This document shows, one piece after another, positions 24,239-29,807 of a stretch of DNA of 29,807 bases. The first letter of the stretch is position 1. Each line of letters begins with the position of its first letter. The notes under the pieces are model-generated. The model ran no database searches. It worked only from the letters and a program-made list of their open reading frames with translations, and was not told the origin of the DNA. The position numbers and the translations under genes were made by a program. Origin of the DNA: Archangium sp. (GTDB lineage Bacteria > Myxococcota > Myxococcia > Myxococcales > Myxococcaceae); NCBI GenBank assembly GCA_031367385.1, contig JANLPS010000026.1:1-29807 (forward strand). Direction: 5' to 3'.

Positions 24239-25357
24239 ATGAACCGTTCGCTCTCTGTCACCGTGTGCCTCGCTCTCGCCGCTGCGTTCGTTGCCTGTGG
24301 CAATGAGGCCCCTGCTTCAGGTCAAGACTCGACCACTTCGAGCGATGAAGCCGTTCGCATCAAGATTCACCCCAAGGGTGGCAACGGCCTCTTCAAGCTC
24401 CTGGCGCCCGACTTCGATTGGGTCGATGGCGGCACCTCACCCTTCTTGGGCACCTTTCGAATCAACAACACCCCGATTCAGCCCGGGGGCACGCTCGAGC
24501 TCGCGCAGAACGCGTACACCCTGCAGTCAGATGCCACCTCCGCGGGCCGCAATCTCACCTCGCTGTCGCAAGCGGTGAGCGTGGGCGTCGATGCGGGAGT
24601 GACCACCTCGCTCAAGCTCGGCGGTTTGACCGTTCGATACGATGCGCCCTTGAGCATGGGTGTCAGCACGCTGCAGGTGCAGACGGAGACCTCGTCGACC
24701 TCGCTGGTCGTTTCTCCCGATTGGGCCGGCAACCCGTTGGGCGCCCGGTTTTTGGTCGCTCCGACGAAGGTGTACCTGAACGCGCAATATGGGTCGAATC
24801 GCTACGCGGTCGACATCGCGAGCGGAGCGTTGAGCGAGATCGTGCTGCCGACGATGCGCATCAACCTTTCGATGGACAGCTACGACTCGAGCTTCCCCGA
24901 CCCGACGACCTCGTGCTTCGTGCCTGCCGCGATTCGACTCTACGTCTCTGGGTCGGGCACGAACGATCGCACCACGCCGCTTCGACGCGCGAACGGTGCG
25001 CCGATGGCTTCTCCCGTCATCATCCCCGGTGGGAGCGCGGCCGGCATCTCGTATCTGATGCTCGGCGGGGGCGTCGCGTTGGAGTGGCTGGCGGCCTCCC
25101 ATGGCGACATTTCGTTCACGTACAACCGCCTCGAGGTCGACGACGTCGAGATCACCCAGAGCAACGGGTCGACCGTTTCGACGCGCGGCACGTGGAATGT
25201 CTCGCAGCGCCTGTCGAATGGCACCTATGTCTCGCTCAACTGCACCTACCCGACCCACACCGGCATCGACCTGCCGAACGGGTCGTACCGCGTGGTGGCG
25301 AGCGCCGCTTCGGGCAGCGGCACGGTGTCGCAGACGACGGACATCTCGTTTCCGTAA
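24239..25357 (+). CDS. Beta-strand-rich S/T/G-rich lipoprotein, function unknown
   Basis: Start placed at ATG 24239, giving MNRSLSVTVCLALAAAFVA|C (lipobox). The ORF-track frame is beta-rich. Confidence 0.75.
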   Translation: MNRSLSVTVCLALAAAFVACGNEAPASGQDSTTSSDEAVRIKIHPKGGNGLFKLLAPDFDWVDGGTSPFLGTFRINNTPIQPGGTLELAQNAYTLQSDATSAGRNLTSLSQAVSVGVDAGVTTSLKLGGLTVRYDAPLSMGVSTLQVQTETSSTSLVVSPDWAGNPLGARFLVAPTKVYLNAQYGSNRYAVDIASGALSEIVLPTMRINLSMDSYDSSFPDPTTSCFVPAAIRLYVSGSGTNDRTTPLRRANGAPMASPVIIPGGSAAGISYLMLGGGVALEWLAASHGDISFTYNRLEVDDVEITQSNGSTVSTRGTWNVSQRLSNGTYVSLNCTYPTHTGIDLPNGSYRVVASAASGSGTVSQTTDISFP

Positions 25358-25516
25358 CGGCGTCACGCCGCGATGGTCTTCGAGTCGCCGGTCAAGGCCC
25401 CACCCTTTGCGAGAAACATCGTGCCGTAGCAAAGCTCAGTGAGCATGAACGGAGACCGGCCTCGACGGTCGGCCCGGCGATGGGCAGGGCCGGAGCGCTG
25501 GAGTCATCCCCTTGGG

Positions 25517-26349
25517 TCACCGGGCGCCTGGCGTCATCCCCGAAGCATCCACCACGTCCCAGTGCTCGACGATGCGGCCCTGCTCGAGCCGGTGAATCTC
25601 GGCAGTCCTCAGGGTGACCGGCCCGTTGGTCGCTGGAGCGCCGAACAGCGGGCCCCGCTGCGTCCCCTTCCACGTCATGAAGGCGAAGACGCGGTCGCCT
25701 TCGGCGAGCAGGTGGTCGAGCGTCACGACCAGGTCTGGTACCGCCGTCGTCACCGCCCGGTAGAAGTCATGCACGCCCTGCCGACCCGGCTTCGCGAACG
25801 GGCTGTGCTGCACGTAATCTTCTGAGAAATAGCGGTCGATCGCGTCTTCGTTGCGCCCGCTCCAAAGCTCGAGGGTGAGCACTTTGAGCAGGTGTTTGTT
25901 GCGCTCGCGTTCGTCTGGCCGCCCCCGCTCGAGCTCGTTGGCCACCGGAGCGCCGACCCCTGGCGGTAGAAACGAGACGTCTGGCTCGTAGCTGTGCTGG
26001 GTGAGCCGCCAACGGCCTTCTCGCTTCACCAGCTGCGAGCGACAATGGGCGGTCGCGATGACCTCGGGCTTGCCGGAGGTCGGCAACACCACCATGTAGT
26101 TCGACGCGACAGCCTTCTCGCCCTGCACATCTGCGTAGACGTTGGTCGCGAGATGCCGGGTCTGCACCACGTGCCAGAGATGAAGGCCCGGAGCTCGGCC
26201 ATGCCTTCAGCGCGCACGTGGCCGGAGTTGTAGACGCCCTCGGGCGCCCAGAGGCCGAGCCACCCCTCCACGTCAGAGGCATCGACGAAGGTGTAGTACC
26301 GGTTGAAGAGCTCAGCGATCTCGGCGGCGTCATCTCGTGTCGTCATCAC
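25517..26349 (-). pseudogene. Frameshifted two-domain NTF2/SnoaL-like protein (SnoaL_4-like plus ester cyclase)
   Basis: ORF 26026..26349 gives the N-terminal domain start (AEIAELFNRYYTFVDASDVEGWLGLWAPEG...ELRAFISG). It continues in ORF 25517..26170 (VQTRHLATNV...GRWRL...FSEDYVQHS...AEGDRV...GRIVEHWDVVD). One added C near 26174 (GGCAC to GGCCAC) restores SGHVVQTRH. Confidence 0.8.
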
Positions 26350-26411
26350 GGCGAAATACGCACCAAGGCGCGCTCAGACAATGCGCCCAGCGTGTGACGA
26401 ACTGTCTACCT

Positions 26412-27155
26412 GTGCCTGCCCCCACCGTCGACCCCCGTGACTTGATTCTCTTCTCGGCCGTGGTTCGCGATGGCGGTTTCTCGGCGGCTGCGCGAGGTCT
26501 AGGCCTGAGCAAGCAGGCGGTGAGCGAACGCATCGGCCGGCTCGAGGCGGGGCTCGGCGTGCGGCTGTTCACGCTGACCGTCTCATGCCCCGTGGTCTTC
26601 GGCCGGCGGGTGCTGGTGCCGGTGTGCGTGACGCTGCGAGCGCGGTACCCGTCACTGCACATCGAGGCACGGCTGTCAGACCGGCAGGTGCGCCTGATTG
26701 AAGAAGGCTTCGACGTCGTCGTTCGGGTCGGCGCCCTCGAAGACTCAACCCTCCAAGTCAAGCGCCTCGGCTCGGTCAGAACGGTGCTCGTGGCGAGCCG
26801 CGCCTTCGTCAAAGCACATGGGCCGCCTCGAAACGCGACGGCGCTCGAGGCCGCACCGTGCCTGACCGCCCGACGTGACGACCGGTGGCGCGTACGCGGG
26901 CAGCTCGTGACCCCGCGCGCCGTGCTGACCATCGATGACCTCGAGGCGCTCGCAGACGCCGCCCTTCACGGGCTGGGCATCGCGCGCCTCCCAGAGCCAC
27001 TCTGCGAGGCCGAGCTGCGGTCGGGGCGCTTGGTCGAGCTACTCAAAGACACTCAGGCCGAGCAGGCGCAGGTGCACGCGCTGCTGGCGCCAGGCCGATA
27101 CCGGCCGCCGAAGGTACGGGTGTTTCTCGATGCCCTCAGCGCAGCGCTCGCGTGA
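26412..27155 (+). pseudogene. LysR-family regulator with an in-frame internal deletion of the HTH wing/linker helix
   Basis: The HTH (FSAVVRDGGFSAAARGLGLSKQAVSERIGRLEAGLGVRLF) is joined directly to the substrate-binding domain (TLTVSCPVVFG...LIEEGFDVVVR...PPKVRVFLD). About 247 aa versus about 300 typical. Divergent from the SnoaL gene. Confidence 0.75.
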
Positions 27156-27174
27156 AGCCATAACGACCAAAGCG

Positions 27175-28815
27175 TCACTCGCTGCGAACCGCGGAGTACA
27201 GGCCGCTGTCGGCGAACGAGGTCCACGCGATGTGCACTTGGCCGTTCGCCGCAACTGCAATGGCTGGCGTGTTTGCGGGCATGTCGCGGGAGACGATTTC
27301 GGTGACCCAGCTGCCGCTCCGATTGGTCGAGTACCGCAACGAGGTCGCCGCGTTGACCGCGACATGCACGAAGCCCTTCGCATCGGTCGCCACCGCCACA
27401 TCGGCGATGTAAAGCCCTGCGAGCGGCACGGTCTCTTGGGTCGTACCATTCGAGACGACGAACCCTGGGCCTTTGAGCCCCCACGCGACCACTGGCGCCG
27501 AGTCTGGTTTGACCGCCAACGTCGGCAGATAGGTGGCTGACAGGGCCTGATGCGACCACTCCGACCCGACCCGGCGCGAGAGGGTGGCGCTGGTGCCTTG
27601 ATCGGTGAGCACCCAGATCGAATGATCGGCTGCGACCACGACCGACGCGCCCTTCGAGGGGCCGGTCACTTTCTCCGAGACCCAGGCAGTGCTCGAGCGG
27701 GTGAACAACTTCGTCTCGAGACCCACCCGGCCCACGGCCAGGGTTTGGGTCGCGGTGGCGTCAATGCCGAAGGGGTCGGTGTCTCCATCGCTGACGATGA
27801 CCGAGCCGGGCGTGCCTACGGTCTCCAAGGCAATCCACCATTGGGCGCCTGAGGCCCTTCGGCCCAGCACGAGGAGCTCTCCGGTGGGCGCAAAGCCAAT
27901 GGCCGCAGGGCGTTCGACGGTCAGCGGCACCTTCGCGCCATTGACCCAGGCCTGGCTGGAAAACGCCTCGTCGACCCAGGCGAGTGCCGGTGCGCCCGAG
28001 GCACTGAGCGTGAGGAGCGGCGACGAGACCACCTTGTTGACGACCTTCGCGATTGTCCACGCGGGTACGCACAGCCCGTTGCGGAGCAGGTAGGCCGACT
28101 TGCAGCTGAGCGCCACACACGCGTTGCCTTCGCACCCGGTGAGCTGAACGCCGTCACTGGGGCAGGCGACGCACGCCGTACCGCACGCCCTCGCGCCCGC
28201 CTGATCGCACCGAGAGCCGCAGCCAGTCGAATCGCAGGTCGCCACGCCGCCCAGCGGAGCCGCGCACACGGCGCAGGTCTCGCCGCACGAGTTGACCGTG
28301 TTCATCACGCACGCGTCTGCGCACCGATGGGAGCCCGCGATGCAGGCCGAATCGCACCCGCCCGTCGCACTGCAGGTGCTGACCGCGTTGACCGGCGCGA
28401 CACACGCCAGGCATTGATCGCCGCATTGGGTTCGACCCTGTTCGCAGCGGCACTGGTGTTGGCCGAGGTCGCAGTACCCATTGGCGTCGCACTCACCGTT
28501 CACCGTACAGCCGGCCTTGCACTTGCCGGTGATGGGCTCGCAGAACGTCTTCGAGGGGCACACCGCGCCGGTGACCCGGCAGTCGGTGGGGGCGGCGGCA
28601 CAGGTTGAGCTCGAGCACACGGCCGAGTCAGCGCACGAGTGCCCGCATTCGCCGCAGTTCTGTGCGTCGCTCGACGTCTCAACGCACCGTTGACCGCATC
28701 GCACCTGCATGGCCGGGCATGCGCCTTCGCCCGCGTCTGTCGTCGCAGGCCCGGAGTGGGGCGAGCCGACGCACCCAGCCACCAACGCCAGCAAGAATGG
28801 CCGGAGCAACTTCAT
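27175..28815 (-). CDS. Lipoprotein with myxobacterial Cys-rich repeats and a C-terminal beta-propeller-like domain
   Basis: Lipobox LVAG|C. CVETSSDAQNCGECGHSC-type repeats, then blade-like repeats (PAIAVAANGQVHIAW, VAVATDAKGFVHVA). Confidence 0.85.
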   Translation of the reverse strand: MKLLRPFLLALVAGCVGSPHSGPATTDAGEGACPAMQVRCGQRCVETSSDAQNCGECGHSCADSAVCSSSTCAAAPTDCRVTGAVCPSKTFCEPITGKCKAGCTVNGECDANGYCDLGQHQCRCEQGRTQCGDQCLACVAPVNAVSTCSATGGCDSACIAGSHRCADACVMNTVNSCGETCAVCAAPLGGVATCDSTGCGSRCDQAGARACGTACVACPSDGVQLTGCEGNACVALSCKSAYLLRNGLCVPAWTIAKVVNKVVSSPLLTLSASGAPALAWVDEAFSSQAWVNGAKVPLTVERPAAIGFAPTGELLVLGRRASGAQWWIALETVGTPGSVIVSDGDTDPFGIDATATQTLAVGRVGLETKLFTRSSTAWVSEKVTGPSKGASVVVAADHSIWVLTDQGTSATLSRRVGSEWSHQALSATYLPTLAVKPDSAPVVAWGLKGPGFVVSNGTTQETVPLAGLYIADVAVATDAKGFVHVAVNAATSLRYSTNRSGSWVTEIVSRDMPANTPAIAVAANGQVHIAWTSFADSGLYSAVRSE

Positions 28816-29642
28816 TTTTTCTTCTCGTGGCCGGCAGGTTGCGGAGCGACGGTCGCCTCGAGGTACGACGCAATCTCGGTGGCTCGCGCATCGCGCAGCG
28901 TGAGGTCACCGGCCCGCGTGCCGTCGACGTAGGCCTTGGTGGCCTCGAGTGTTTTCTTCATCACCGCAGGCGTTATCGTGCCCTTGCCGCCGGGGCTCTC
29001 GTCTTCGAGGCCGAGGTCACCGACCTGGGCGAACGTCGGCGAGAGCTTCTTCAAGCTCGCGTTGAGCAAGTCGACGGCCAACTGAAAGCTTCGCAAGGTC
29101 TCGGCATCACCTTCGCCCAGAGGCTTGTCTGCCTCGAGCGCGGGGGCGATCAAGTGGAGCATCGCCGAGGCCTTCTGCGCCCACGACGAGGCGTTGCCGG
29201 CGGCGTCGATGCGGCCCGTCAGGGTGCGAAGGGTCGGGTCGGTACCGGCGCACTCCGCGATGGCCAGACGCTTGAGGTCTTCGCGTGACTCGCCGAGGGC
29301 GGCCCGCGCGTCGTCGAAGCGTTGCTGCGCTCCATCGAGGCGCGACCGGGCCGCTTGGAGTGCCGCGTCAGGAGGGCGCCAGGTGCCCTTGCCCTTGGCG
29401 GGCTGCGCGTCAGCCAGCGCCTGCTTCGCGGCCTCGAGCTCGGTGGTCGCAATGGCGAAGGTCGTCTTGGCGGTGAGGGCCGGGCGGAGCGAGAACGAAA
29501 AGACCCGCTTCACTTCATCACTGACCGTCACCCCCGGCGACATCGGAGCGGCTGTCTGCGCGGGCCGCTGCGGTGCTTGCGTTTCATCTGGATACCGCGT
29601 GTTTCGTGGGTCGGTCGCGCGCTTCGGTCCAACTTCGGCCAT
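28812..29642 (-). CDS. Hypothetical alpha-helical/coiled-coil protein
   Basis: 276 aa, RBS GAGGAG before ATG 29642, and an ATGA overlap with the downstream lipoprotein gene. Confidence 0.7.
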   Translation of the reverse strand: MAEVGPKRATDPRNTRYPDETQAPQRPAQTAAPMSPGVTVSDEVKRVFSFSLRPALTAKTTFAIATTELEAAKQALADAQPAKGKGTWRPPDAALQAARSRLDGAQQRFDDARAALGESREDLKRLAIAECAGTDPTLRTLTGRIDAAGNASSWAQKASAMLHLIAPALEADKPLGEGDAETLRSFQLAVDLLNASLKKLSPTFAQVGDLGLEDESPGGKGTITPAVMKKTLEATKAYVDGTRAGDLTLRDARATEIASYLEATVAPQPAGHEKKK

Positions 29643-29744
29643 GACTTCTCCTCGTGCGCGTTTTAGCAGGACGCCTGGCGAAGAAAATGGGGCTCGCTGG
29701 GTTGGCGCCTGGAGTGACCACGGCTGTCGCGCAGGGTCTGTGCG

Positions 29745-29807
29745 TCAACGGAGCGCTGCCTCGAAGGCCGCTTCGAGTTGAGCATCGCGCCCGGCGGCGA
29801 GGTCGGC
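29745..29807 (-). CDS. C-terminal end of a probable S41-family (tail-specific) peptidase, truncated by the window edge
   Basis: The minus strand reads ADLAAGRDAQLEAAFEAALR* (TGA at 29745-29747). This matches the typical S41 C-terminal D-x-x-x-G-R-D-x-Q-L-E-x-A pattern. Only 20 residues are visible. Confidence 0.5.
   Translation of the reverse strand, partial: ADLAAGRDAQLEAAFEAALR

Noticed and set aside
24418..25617. 399-aa + strand ORF overlapping the 24239 lipoprotein
   Set aside because: Arg-rich alternate frame. The lipoprotein frame has the lipobox and normal codon pattern.
10111..29680. Identical 13-mer AGGACGCCTGGCG at 10111-10123 and 29668-29680, both upstream of minus-strand genes
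   Set aside because: 13-nt GC-rich matches are expected by chance in 30 kb. There are only two copies, ahead of unrelated genes.

Overview
GC-rich, gene-dense bacterial DNA. The gene content points to a myxobacterium (Myxococcota): a myxobacterial-type Hanks kinase, a Cys-rich lipoprotein and AgmX/PglI-like domains. The left 17 kb holds two convergent envelope-related clusters. (i) A + strand operon behind a sigmaE/ECF-like promoter encodes an alpha-2-macroglobulin (A2M)-like protein split into two genes at about the bait region. It lacks the CxEQ thioester, carries two inserted TonB-C/AgmX-PglI-like domains, and is followed by a broken lipoprotein gene. (ii) A tightly packed 9-gene - strand cluster runs pspA (ESCRT-III superfamily), orphan SsuA/NMT1-like binding protein, membrane-anchored coiled-coil protein, lipoprotein, MacB/LolD-type ABC ATPase and permease, membrane protein, Ser/Thr kinase, and a tandem (inactive+active) AAA+ ATPase. 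This is the best candidate for a membrane-remodelling/repair system. The right part holds a NatAB-like exporter, a six-repeat beta-sandwich lipoprotein and accessory genes: a DUF4299-like protein, a stand-alone secretin-N0-like protein, lipoproteins, a frameshifted double-SnoaL gene, an internally deleted LysR, and the tail of a probable S41 peptidase. No rRNA, tRNA, CRISPR array or transposase was seen. All family assignments come from motif recognition by eye, not database searches.
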